A stretch of DNA of 64,000 bases, from the NCBI RefSeq assembly GCF_001194135.2, contig NC_068981.1, positions 166,769,549 through 166,833,548 on the forward strand. Direction: 5' to 3'. Both the position numbers and the translations under genes were made by a program. This DNA is from Octopus bimaculoides (taxonomy: Eukaryota). Shown here piece after piece: positions 25,501 through 39,800 of the stretch (positions are counted from its first letter, which is position 1; each line of letters begins with the position of its first letter). Under the pieces are notes generated by a model. The model worked only from the letters and a program-made list of their open reading frames with translations. It was not told the DNA's origin and searched no databases.

Positions 25501-28500
25501 ACACTAAGTTTGGATTTTTTTAACCAACCTCTTCTCTTCTGAGGATCAAATGCCGGAGCAGGCATATTACTGTGCCAGCACCTGCAATTCGAGCACCCAA
25601 TTCAGCCTACTGCCTTTCATCACTTGTGAATATAGCCCCTAGATACTTAAACTTATTTCCTTGTCTTAGTGATATCCCACTAATATGCTGAGTGCACTGG
25701 GAGGACTATCTAATGTCACTTATTTTAAATGAGAGAGGTTTCCATTATCAGCTGCATAACAAAAGTAATTAGTGTTTCAAAAAAAGTGCACTACTTAAAA
25801 AACATGAACCTTTAACAGACTGAACAAAAGCCTCATTATCTAGACACAATGGCTCACAATGATACATTTAAAATATGTTAATTTACTTTCAACTAAATAG
25901 AGACATAAAGACTTTTGAGCTTACATTTACACAGAAATGATGATGTTTAATTCAGTTGACACACTTAACTAATTGTTTACTGCTTCAATCTAAACCAGTG
26001 CAATAAAGCCATGCTGTCATATAATACATGGCAGTAAATGTAACATGGCCCAGAGCAGACTGAAGTATGGCACATCCAATTTGAAATTTTGGGTTCATTT
26101 CCCTGTGTTCCAGTTCTTCTCGGATAATCTAGCCCAACCATGGTTGATCAAAGTCAATCAATGATCTAAACATTATTTATTTGGTAAAATATATCAAAAA
26201 TTTTGTAAAAGAATATATCCAACCACTTATAGGTAAACAAAGTTTAGCTTAATTATAACATTATAGATTTCTCACACTGGTTAAACCACAATCTACAGGT
26301 GAGAGGTACAGTCAATTAAACTTATCTCAATAAATGACTGATACATGTTGTATCAGTCCTGGAGGGATGAAAAACAAAGTCAACTTTGGCAGGATTTAAA
26401 ATTAAAAGGTAGACTGACAAAATTAAATACGTTTAATCCAGATCCCTACCAATTAACATATTGAAAAAATTAACATATTAATTAATTTGAATAATAATAA
26501 TAAAAATGATGGTGGCCTAACATAACCATGGCCCCAAAATTAGTAAATGAGTAATCTATACATGCATTGCTTGAAATTAAGACACTAAATGTACTACTAA
26601 AAAGAAAGTCTCTTACCTCCTTGAATTGCATCGCTTTTGATAACACAGTTGGCATAAAGTGGCAATAGTTTCATACATTCTGGTAGAATGAGTTGACCAG
26701 CTGAAGATGGGTTTGCACAATTCTTTCGATAACAATGAAGAATATGAGCTACTTGGTTGGCCATGTTCTCATGGACTAGTTTTGGCGTGCTGTTCAAGAT
26801 GTTTCTTATTGCTGCAATAATTCATGAAACATGAAAATATAGTGTAAATTGGAATTTTAAGAGGACTCTCGGAAAATAACTTTAGAAAAATTGAAAAGGC
26901 TATTTGTAAGAAAATTAAGTGACTGAAGTCACTAACCTTGTTTAGCCATGAAATTTATCAAAGAATCTAATTCGCAATTTCTGAACATGTCAGCAAACTG
27001 TGTGCAGCAATTTAAAGAAAGATTATGAATTCTTAGTCTTCTAAAGCCACCAACACTTGTGTATAAAATTGCAACCTGAAGAAAAGATAAAAAAAAAACA
27101 AATGTTACATGTATGTGCATGTGTGTGCATATCCATACAAGGGATATGCACACAAATTACTTAATACAAAATATAATGCTTATCTATTCACATTGTTTTA
27201 AATAAACCATGCCTTATCTCATAGCTTCAAGATTGCAATGATGTGATTGCTTATTATTAGAATGACATTATAGTGTGGTTGTGATAGGCTACAGTTAGCT
27301 TGTTTAAATATAAAAGAGGTAGAATATTTGAATATGACCAGTTTAAACACTAAAAGGTTAAGTGGATTAAGCATTAAAAATCTTCAATATGGTGAGTCTA
27401 CATACTGCTCGAATTTCACCTTTAGGTAAAGTACTTAATTATTCTTGTCATCTTGATTAAAAACTGAATATACTACAAACCCTGCTGTGTTCCCACTGGA
27501 TCACTTTTCTGAGGTTCAGAAGTAAATTGTTAGTTTAAGCCATTATCTGTCATCTGAACATCGTTTAACAGCCACTTTCCATGCTGTCATGGGTAGGGTG
27601 AAAAGTGGACATAAAATGATGTGCAATCTTATATTTCTAAAATGTTACATAGGCTAATGCAATATAGTGTGCACCCATGTCTTTAGACAGATAATAGCCT
27701 AAACTAATCTATAGTATCTCTTGAAAACTTTTGACTACATATGTATTTAAGACATATTAGTACCACTTGAATAGGGAACAATCTTCAAAGTCAAAAGGGT
27801 AAAAGAGTAAAGAGAAGCACCAGGTAGTATTTAAGTTTGTATCTGTGTTTAAAATCCACCAAGGACAATAAAATAATAGTAAATCTGCCCAACTAAAGTG
27901 ACTACAATATTCTAGCACTCAAAATTTCAAATTCAGTTAGAAAAATCATAAAATTAAAATAATTTAAAAAAATAAAGAATCCAAGGAAACTAGAGGAGAT
28001 CTGCTGGCAAAAATGAGTAAAGTTCAAATCTGTTACCTTAGAATACCAATGATTACATCCTGTCTACAACTCTTGCTTTTTAGGGTTATGATTAATAAAA
28101 CATTTAAGAGAATGTCTCCAGCTAAGAGAAACAACAGTAAAATGTTGAACTCAAGTATCAATATTAAAAATATATGGTTATAACTTTTCATGATTTAACT
28201 ATTATCAGCAAGTGTCCATTTAGTTAATGAACGTGATACAAGAAACAGCAATTAATAAGTATATTCATTCTGGTTTTAGAATATGTATACTATACCTCTG
28301 TGTGTTATACAAGAGAATTAAAAAAGTTGGCATCAGGATAGCCATTTGGCCATATAAGATTAACCCAAGAAGTCCTTCTGCCTAATCTATATTAGCATGG
28401 AAAAGTGGATATAAAAATGATGATGAATGACAATTTAGCATTCCAAATTTTATTTGCAATGTCAGTTAGAAAGTCCGTCCTTTACAGCACAAGTGTTAAG

Positions 28501-31500
28501 GTACACACCCTGGTGAAAAGGATTGGCCTCCAAGAGTTGAGTGCTTGTGCCACGTTAAAAGCACCTAGCACACACTGTGAAGTGGTTGGCATTAGGAAGG
28601 GCATCCAGCTGTAGAAACCAGGTCAAATCAGACTGGAGCCTGGTGCAGCTCTTCAGCTTGCCAGCTCTGGTCAAACTGTCCAACCCATGCTAGTATGGAA
28701 AACAGATGTTAAAGGATGATGATGATGATGATGATGATTTTAGATGAATTCCCTGTTACTTCTCAAATTAGAATGCAATGCTTTTACCTGAACATATGCT
28801 CCATCAGCTGGGTCCAATTTATCATCATGCTTTATTTCAACAGATATGGACTGGTCACTGTCAATTGCAGACAATTCTACATCTGTGGCATTTGTCATGT
28901 AGAAATTACCAAAGAAATCAACTGGTCTGATACCTGGCAAAAATATTTCATATATTGTCTAAGTGGTATTAAATAATGAAAGCATATGAGGAACATAGCA
29001 AACAAACTTTTAGATTTTGAGTATGGTTGAGTCTGCTTCCCAACCATATGGTTTAGAGTTCAGACCCAATGCATGGCTCCTAGGTAAGTTAACTTCTACT
29101 ATAGCCTCAAGCCATCAAAAGGTTTGCAGGTGGATTCAGTAGACAGAAACCGAAAGACCATCACACATAAATATGAGTGTGTGTGTGTGTGTGTGTATTT
29201 GTGATCACTTGTACGAAAGTGTGACAGGTGGTATTGTGATCAGTTTCGCCTGTCAACCAACCATCTGGTCACCTTGCACCTTCAAGGCCATGTATAGGTA
29301 AGGATTAGCATGAGGTAGAACATCCAAGTATAAAACAATACCGTAAACAACAGATTCATCCAAGTCTTACAAAGCACAGAAAAAAAAACATGGAAAATGA
29401 ATGAATACTGTAAAGAATTTGACAGGATTTTGAAAATTGTTTTCAACAGTTCTTGTGAAAGAAAAATAATAAGAACAAAAAAAAATCTCTGAAGAAACTG
29501 TACCTGTGCTAGTTCTTACTCGAATAATTGCATCAAATGCAGCAATTTGACAGACATTTCTCTTTAAGTCATTCATGAATCTTTCTCCATCCTGCTCAGC
29601 CTTCAAAAATAAAGCAAGAAACGGTAAATAGGCTTTCAATAATCTCACTTTTAAAAGCTTTAGAATTAAAAACAAATAAATAGCAGCGATTTTTACAAAA
29701 GGTTTTAAAAGTTCTGAATTTAGAAGAATAATTGCAAAATATGAAAAATTTTGTCACAAATGTAGATGGGATAAAAATGAAGATCTGTGAAATTACAGCT
29801 GTGCATAACTCATTAACTTTACAGAGAATACAACAAAATAATAACAAATAAATTAGAGATAAGAGACATCTAAGAGTGACTGATGTCTAGTGATGGAAGG
29901 CTTTTAATAAAAAATTATGATAAAAATAAAGCCAAATCATGGAAACAAATCAAAATATAAAAAGGAAAGGATGAGATGTTTACTCTGCCAGCCTATTGAA
30001 AGTACCATACTTAGAAGTCTTGATATTGTTTAATTTATTCTAAAATCTAACCTTTGTGAGTCATTAATTGTATTTTTGGATTAATGAAAATGGACAATAA
30101 ACAAAAACTTAAATGGACAAATCTATCAAAGATATTACATATGTTAGTGTCATAGATATTGTTGCTGCTTATTTAGAAATAAAAGATTGCTAGTTTGAAT
30201 TTGGCTTGGCATGACATACATATTCAGGAATAAGACATATGGCAATTAAATGACTGAAATATGCTCAAATGTTAAGGTCATTCCACTGCTTTATGTACTT
30301 CATAATATCAAGAAGAATATTAACTGTACTAATTTCACTGGTCCAGGAGGGCCTGTGAAGGCCAGAAGTACTGCCTCTTCCTTCAAATACAACAAATCAA
30401 AAAAAAAGTACCAACATTTTCTATCAAGTTGACATTTGTAATGATACAAACACACATGCCATATAGAATACTGTCTTATTTATGCTGTGCTAACAAAATG
30501 TGCAAATAAATTATTGGTGACAAAAGACCAGAACTGTTGTATTAGTATATATTTATTATTTTATAAAAGTAATGAGGGTAAAGTACATATATAAAATGCA
30601 ATGCATTTAAAGTGCAATAAAAATACTTCAGACATAGACATGAAAGCATAATCCTTAGCAAAACTGCTTACCTGGAAATAACTGTACTTGTACATGTTGC
30701 CACCAGTAAGACGACACAGTTCACCAATGGTAGCTATATCAACATAAGAATTAGGGAACAAGAACAGATCAACACTACAACCAGCTGCAACACATTGTTG
30801 TCCAAGTTTGGTGTAGAAGTTCCCTTGAGGAGTGAGAAGTGTCTAAAAACAATAAAAACAAAATGTAAATCCCTAGAAAGCAAAACCCAAATTTATAATA
30901 GAAATAAGAATAGCTGTCATGTTTTTTCAACAGGATGACAAGGTTGAAAACTATTTATAAAGCAATTGTTTCAGCAGTTGTACATTAGCAATAACAATAT
31001 GTAATAATGAAAACTGAATTAAAAATAATGCAGAAATATTCTAGTTAATTAATAATTTGGGCTTAAAGTTACCTTCCAATCTAATTTTACTCTACACAGC
31101 AGTATTCAAATATTTAAGAGGTTAACCTCTTCTAAGTTGGAATGACATTTTATTGATTTCATAACCAGGAAAGGCAGACCTACAATTGCCAGTTGACTTC
31201 TTACATGGATGAAAAATTGAAAATGTTTTCTATGGCTATCTAAGTAAGTACAGTTTAATGAACATGTAATAAAAGCAGTCAATGTTTTATATTCAAATGA
31301 AAAATGAGCCAACACCTAATCTACAAAGTCAAAAAACCAACACCAAAAGATAAAATTTTTAAAATTGAAATGAATTATTTTCAAAATGTCAACATAAATT
31401 GTTTTCATAAAAGTAAATCATCATTGTATTTCATTATATTTCTTTGTTTTCTGTTTTGATTAATCACTTATCCCGATATCAATGTTCATAATTAAGTAGG

Positions 31501-34500
31501 AAATATTTCATGATGCAAACTACCAACCAGCATTTTTACTGATTATAAATTTAACTTTAAAAACATAAACTATAAGCTGGCAATTTGTTTCAAGAACCTA
31601 AGGAAATAAATTCAAATACAAAAGCTGGGAGAGAAATAGAATAATGTCAATGAATCAGCCTGGTACTTCTGCTACAAATTCTGAGTGAGAGATGAAAAAC
31701 AAAAATGATGCAAGTGGAATTTAGACTCAGAATGTAAAAGAATGCAATGGAACTAAATATTATAAGTTCACTCTCAGCCAGTTCTGTTATTCCACTCCAT
31801 TTCTTGTCTGACAAACAAGAGACAAGGCAAGAGAATTTCTGAAGCAGCAGCAAAATTCACTGATCATTCAATTTCCCATTGCCAATTGTAACTGAGCAAT
31901 AGCCATCAAATGAATTGAAATAAGTAAGCACTGGGTAATGTCTGAAATAGAATAATTTAAAGTAACTCAAGTTATGATTTGTTAATTCATGCAGCAGGCA
32001 TCCCCAAGTATCTTAGTCATTCCTTTAAGTATTTTTTGTTTAGTCTAATAAGGATGCTACATGACCAAACTGTATAATTTAGTTAAGCTAAAATATAACT
32101 AATATTTCAGTTCAATTATAATACAATATCCAGAGAAAAGAAAAATTTGAAACCTTTAAACCTTCAAAAGAGTGGATTTGAAATTTGATTAAAATGATGC
32201 CTTAAAATAATTTGAATCATATTTCATGCTTCAAAGATACAAAATGAAAGGGAAAAAAAAAAAAAAACCCAGTCAGCAGGAGAGAGTAATTAAAATCCCC
32301 AAACCAAAAGTAATATTTTATGTAGTTTCTAATATCAAATAAGAATAAATAAAAACTAGATGAGTTATGTATACCTTTAAAGTAGTGGCATCTATCTACA
32401 AACAAAAATAATCAAATAATATCAAATTAAATAATGTATCACTGTGTGTGTGTGCGAGCGCATGCACGTGAGCTTACAGTTAAAAATAAACTATAATTAG
32501 CTGCCTATTTTGACAAAAATACAAATGATTTAGCTGAAACTAAATATGGAGAACATCAAGAAAAAAGAATCTTTCTGGACTAATTTTCAGAATAAATTCA
32601 ACTGAAAATGTCAGAAGCATACAGAAAATTTCTACCAAAAATATATTCATAGAATAATTACTCAATAAAGACAATATCATTTAATGCAGTATTGACTAAT
32701 AATGTATAAAAGTGTGTTTTTCAATAACTACCTTTTCTTTATCGGTACCTAGAAGTTTTCTATCATCTCTATTTTTTAATTTACCAGGAACGTCGGCAAT
32801 AGGCAGTGAGGTATGGAAAAGAATAAGTTTTCCAGCACAATCAGCATTGATCAAAGCTTCCAATCCAGCTTGGATAACTGGGCCTAATATCACTTCAGTT
32901 TCCCTGGATTCTCCAAACATCTGAGGTATTTGAGAGAGTAAACTGAAAATAAAGAAATTATACCATATATTTAATGTCTACAATTGAAACATATTTTTCA
33001 AATAAATGCAAACATCCTGTATTATTATATTACTTACTACTTAAGCTTCTTAATGTCACATGGAATTTTACATCTAAATCTGAACTGGCTGATGCCATAA
33101 AGTCATGCATTATTGAGAAGTTGCTTTAGACAGCAGCAACAAACCAACACTCCTTGCTGATGTTTGCCCCTTGGGCGTGAACCATACCAGTATAAAAAGG
33201 CCTGTAAAGATCATGGTTACTTTTTGTATATCTTACTATATAATCCTTTCTAAAACAGGCATAAGGCCAGAAATTTTGAGTGAGAAAAAGTCAATTATAT
33301 CAGCACCAGTACTTGACTGGCATTTTATTTTATAAACTCCGGAAGGATGGAAGATAAAGTCAACCTCAGTGAGAATTTAATTCAAAATGTAAAGAGTTGG
33401 AACAAAAATTGCAATGCCTTTTATATGACACTAACTATTCTGTTGACCAACTACTCTCCTCTCACTGAGTAATAGTAAAAAATTAATTTCATAAAACCTA
33501 TCAGTTCTGAAAATTTATAAGTAACTCTATACAAGTTTCTGTGTGTTACCACAAAGATGCCAAACTTTACCAAAGGTGACACTGGAGACCATCACAGCCC
33601 TCAGGCTAGTCAGATCCTGTTGAACAATCCAATGCATACTAGCTTGGAATATTGGATGTTAAATGATGATGTGATTGTTATGAAAATGAAAATTCAAGTG
33701 AACTAGTTACTCACCTATCAATTACTGTCTCACATTCTGATAACTTGACTAAAAAGCCATCCAATAATGGCATAAATACATCTTCAATATCAGAAACTAC
33801 CAACATCTGTGGTTGTGCTAATGAACCCTATAGAAAAAGTTACAGAAAAAAATGGAATTTAAGAAAGTGAACCAAAAATAGACAATTTAATTAAAATGAG
33901 TAACATAACATATATTGGAATGTTTTCCTTTTTGAAAGAAACTGACATCAAAAGATATTTTTAATAAAGGTAAAACTACAAGTAATATGATTTTTAATCA
34001 GAAGATTTCAGCTTAACAGACACCAATTCAAAATTACGAGTTATCAATGAACTTTTGAGAACAAACTTTTCCAATTTTCTACTGATATGTGAATAGATGG
34101 TAATATACTTACTTTAACATTATAAAAATGTATCTCTTTTGCATAAGTAAGAAATCCAACTCTAATTTCTGATTCTGCAGCTCCTGTTTCCCTGAATAAT
34201 ATATATAAAATATAAAATGTTAGTAATAAGCAAGAGTTACATTGTAAATAAGAAAATGCTGTTTGGTAATTGTAAGACATTTGAGTAGAAATCAATACAA
34301 TTGTTACACGTAAAACAATTTTGAGTCTCGACCAAAATGTTAAACTATTCACAGCCCACTAACATTATTTATTTTTGAACATTATTGAATAATTTTACTT
34401 TTTATCAACTCACCAATTTGAAAAGTATTTCTTATACTGAATAATAAAAAATTCTACACAGTGATTCACTCACAAACACACTACAATGTCTGCTCCAGAG

Positions 34501-36784
34501 ACATGTTCTACTGCTTTCTCTACCAACAGTATTACTACTATTCTGAATTAGCTGTTTATATACTTTTATTAATGCTCATTTGTAGCCCTTCCTCTCTACA
34601 CTTTCTTGGCTTCTCATTAACCACTCTTCCTAGTTTTCCCCAGAATATCAACCACCTAGAATTCTTTGTATTCATATTTCTCTGCAGATAATGACAAGCT
34701 GAAAATCAACACCTCACATCAAAGTGTTTGTGAATGTTATGGGCACTATCCCCTCCCCGCACAATTCAAACTGTAAATGAAGTCCATTTACAAAAATTTG
34801 CTCAAACAAATCTGAAAAACCTTTCAAAACACAGAAAATTGAATGTTAAATACCTGGGTAAGTTAACAAGTATCTCTTTTTTTAATCTGGAGCAAATCAA
34901 ATGGACCAAACCATTTCTGACACTGTTGTAGGAGACATCAATGCAAAATATAAATGCAGGACAATTGGGAGGTTTTCCATTCTGAAAGATAAAAAATAAC
35001 ATATTTAAAATATATTTATATTTCTTTAATAACAGAAATGAAATGCATATATTTGTCAATGAATTCCTATTAAGGAAAAATGAAAGTGAAAAAAAAAAAA
35101 GTGATCCAACATAGCTTTGTTATCATTTCTAGTGGATATCTGAAAACATGGGTTCTAGATAAAATGATTTTTGATAAGAACATTTTCTCAATATTAAGAT
35201 TAAAATACAGAAAGTCATACAATTTTGAATATCTTACTAGAACAGTTTATTAATCTCTTATTAAAATGATGATTACTTCAGAAAACAGTGGTATACTTTA
35301 TTTAAGGAGGAAGATTGAGGAAAAAGGAAAAAATATGAGGGTGCCTTCAATATACTTACTTTACAATAATCTTTGGTAGCTACAAATTCATAAGAACCTA
35401 AACATAATTCAGCTCTATCATAACAATCAACTCTTCGACCAGTATGGTCAAGATGTGCAAAATATTCAGAAGGAACTAAAAGTAAAAAAAAAAGAAAAAG
35501 AAAGTTGAGATCAAAGGATTGAATATAAAAGTAAATTTGTTTATAAAAATCAAAGTCAAAATGAAACTTCTTAAAATCACTATCAAGAAGATTTTAAATG
35601 ATTACATTTACTTTATGTAAAAAGAGAAAAATCATCTTAAAAAAAATCAAATCTTATTTGTTAAATGACCACTATTCTAACTGAACATTCTCTTTTGTGA
35701 AAAAAAAAAGTTTGAACATAATTTCTTTTCAAATTCATATATTTCAAGATGAACTAATATATAAGAATGTGTGTTATGGCAATAGAACTATAATTGTAAG
35801 TATGTAGGAATACAACTCCTAAAAGTCAAATAACTAGAAAAAAAATGTTTAAAAAACAACTAAAATCTATCAGATAGTGACATGAACCAGTTATTCTATA
35901 ATTTGAGAAAATTTTCTAATCACATTTTCTTTATTATTCTTTTTCTTATTTCTTTTCATATTTTTTCCCATGTATCTACTGAATATTTCCATTTGAAAAT
36001 ATATAAATTGCTGGACATTAAATGATGATGCCTGTGAAAATATTTTAATACAAGATGAGCACAATTCTTAAATGCAACTATTTTACATAAGGAAAACATA
36101 CCTTCAGTGGCTGCATTACAGAATACACATTGAAATCGTCGACCACCATCAATAAACTGCATATGAGGACTCATATAAGACTTGCACCTTTTACAACGGA
36201 CTGGACCAAGGTCTCCTAAATCCACAAGTGGAGGTACGTGCTATAAAAAACACACAAAGTCAGAAAAATTACGGAAGAGATCTAAAAAAAATTGGTAAAA
36301 TTAAGTTGATAAAATTAAAAAGTTTCAGAGAGCTGCCCCATCTTGTAAATGTATTAAGCTTAGTTGCAGCTGTTTGTTTATATTCAGGTCAATCCTGATC
36401 AAACAGACCTATTCTAGCCATAACCACCTCCTTTTCTCAATGTATATGACAACATTATATAATGTATCCTTCATGTTTTTAAGATGGTAGGGTATGATTT
36501 GAGAGAGATTTAGCTGCTGTTTCTAGCAGGTTGAGCAAATACATTGATGCTCCCTTGTTGGCTTGTTTTAAGCTTAATATGAATTATTCTTTTCTTTTAT
36601 TTGTTTCAGTCATTTGACTGCACCCATGCTGGAGCACTGTCTTTAGTTGAGCAAATAGACCCCAGGACTTATTTTGTCTCTTTTGCCAAACTGCTAAGTT
36701 ACGGGGAAGTAAACACACCAACATTGGTTGTCAAGTGATGGTGGTGGTGGTGTTGGGGGACAAACACAGACACAAACATATACA

Positions 36785-36816
<32 letters not shown>

Positions 36817-39800
36817 CAACGGGCTTCTTTCAATTTCCCGTCTACCAAATCCACTCACAGGGCTTTGGTTGGCCCGAGCCTGTAGTAGAAGACACTTGCC
36901 CAAAGTGCCACACAGTGGACTCAACCCGGAAGCATGTGGTTGGTAAGCAAGTTACTTATCACACAGCCACTTCTGCGCCTATTACAGATGCAGATTTTGC
37001 AAAATATTTTTGGAAAATGACATAGCAGATATATTTGTAAAGAAAAATATTTTGAGTAATTCAATAAACTTTCAGGATCATTATTTCTTTGTTATTAATA
37101 TCTATTTAAAATTGAAAGCAATTTTATTTCACTCATTTTTTAAAATTCAGTTAATGATAGAAGTTCATCTTTTGAGAATATTTTTGTCTTTTTTTGTTGA
37201 CTGAAGGGATCAGTAAATAAAAATAAAATATAAGCAATAAAATATAACTAACCTCTTCTTTATGTAATTTTGCAAATGGAGTAATTGTCAATGCAAATGG
37301 TATATGGGAATTTTTTAGCATATCAGCTGTACAAGGAACATTATACATTGTACTCCGAATAAATCTAGGATTACTGTTACCTGAAATATAAGTAAACCAT
37401 AAAAATCAACGCAGATAAAAAAGTGATTTTTTTCTTTATGAAATTTAGTACAAAAAAAATTTTGTTGGAGAATATATATTTCATAAAACTGACTCCAGTC
37501 TATACTGGTTATAGATACATGGCTTATGAACTGTTAGTAAAGTTGTTTTTGTTTATTGGCCCAGATAGGTGTCTTTTCATTTTTCTATCTCTGAACCTTG
37601 AAAATCTTAGCATGATTTGGTTCATCATTATATTTCTTCTTGTAAGCATTTAATCAGGATGAGATGCTTTTTAGTGTATTTTATATATAACATTTATATA
37701 CAAAGATTGACTTGTACTAAGCTAAGTGAGTGAACAATTATCTTGTAGAGATAAAATAGCATCAAAAATAGAGTTGAGTTCCTAGTTTAACAGGGAAATC
37801 AGGATCGGAGGGTGATATGTAACACAGACACATCACTGAGCAACAAGCAATAAAGATTCTAGTTCTGTGATTCTAGCCCTGTTAGTGAGCCTGTTTTCCT
37901 TTTCTGTCTGAAATTAATGCTTATAATTTCTTATACCATTATACACTGAAACTTTCACATATAGGCACAGGCATGGTTATGTGGCTAAGAAGTTTCCTTC
38001 TCAACCACTGGATTTTGGTTCAGTCCTATTGCACAAAACCTTGGGCAAGTATCTTCAACAATAGCCCTGGGCCAACCCAAATTTTGTGTAGATTTGGTAG
38101 ATGGAAATTGAAAGAAGCCTGTTGTGCATGTGCATGTTTGTAAGTGTGTTTGTATTGCTTTGTCATGAGATTGTGCACTGGTTGTGAATGAGTGTTACCA
38201 TCATACAAATAGTGTCAGTCATTTGCAATCTTGCATGAAATCATATCCAGCCATTGTACTGTTCATGTTTGAAGGAGGAGAAATATTACTCTATTTGGAA
38301 ACGAGTGCACCTGTTTCCAATCGTTGCTAAGCCTCACCCAGATGAGGTTTGGCAACAAGACCATAGAGAATCTGCTTCAATGAAATTCCTCTGGCCCATG
38401 CTTGTATGGGTTAGCAGAAGTTAAAACTTGAAGATATGCATTCAAGTATGCAAATAGGAGAAAAGGTGTTCTAAACTTATTAAAACTTTCATTTTCTTGT
38501 TTCTAATAAAAATCTTTAAATTGTTAGGACTTAGTATGAGTGCAGGCATGGCTATGTAAAAAAATTTGGTTTTACAGTTGCATAATTGTTGGTTTCATCT
38601 TTTTGTGCGACATCTTTGACCATTGGTTAAATTGAACAATAATGTGTGGGTGAAATTTGGTGGAAGACAGAAATTGTGCAGAAGCCTGTCATATAAAGAT
38701 GTATGCATTTATGTGTCCTTCACCAATGTGTATTAGTGAATGATATTACATCAGTGAGAAAACTAAAAGAACCTGTGTTCTTCAAACAAATGTTCCTTGT
38801 AAATTTGTTCCATGTTGAGTTACAGAAACTCCATTTTCATTCTTACTGTCAGAAGTGCAATGAAACATTGACTGGCTAGTTGTAATAACAAATAAATAAA
38901 ATAAAAGAGGAAGAACAGAACTTGTTATTTTTTTTTTCACAAAGTCTGAGACTAATGAGAGTAAAGGTAGGAAAAAACAGCAATCCATGTGTCATCAGCA
39001 GAAATACTAAAAATGCTTGCAGCAGAATGAACTTCACTAGAGCCAGGAACTGGAACAGCCCATTCAACAGGTTTCTGTACAGTTTCCATCTGTTCAAAGT
39101 CACACATAAGGCTTGGATTGATTTGAGGTTATGGTAGAAATTACTAGCCCAAAGTGATGTGTATTAGATTGAACACAGAATACTTAATTGCAAAATAAAC
39201 TTAACCATAGGACTATGCTTTCATTTTCAGTTAACAAAATTCATTTGTTAAACATAAAAGAAAGTTTGCAAAAGAGAATATTCATTTATTCATATGTTTA
39301 ATATCTGTTATTCAATAGTAGCATGGCCTGGATGGGGACTAATTTGAGGCAGCATTTTATGGCTACATGCCCATAACTTGTTTTTCAGGTAAGGGATTTT
39401 ACTTGTGTTTGAAAGCACAGAATGATCAATCATCACATGAACAAGGAATATAAATATCATATCATCATTTCACTGAGGTGGTGACAAGTGAAGCCATGTA
39501 ATACCAACATTTGTATATGGCTTCCACACAATTTCTGTCTACAAATTTCACTTACAAGACATTGAGTATTCCAACTGTTTATCTATACTAGTATGGTTGT
39601 ACTGTGGCATATAATCATTTCCCTCAATTATGTATCATCTTATCTTTAAGAGAGATCTGTCTTGCCATTTCTTTTCTAAACTTTGCATAAAATAGAGTGG
39701 GATGCTTAAATACATAGTATCTAAAGTAATTTAAATTAAACTAAAGATGAATTTTAGTTGACAGAGAGCCAATAGTGTGTCATGAATGGTTCCTTATCTT

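Noticed and set aside
39008-39089. Possible alternative first exon (minus): ATG...[27 protein letters not shown] with a phase-1 GT that would splice in frame to exon 6
   Set aside because: No recognisable homology and a weak donor (A|GTATTT). As an internal cassette from the upstream AG it would introduce a stop. Needs transcript evidence.
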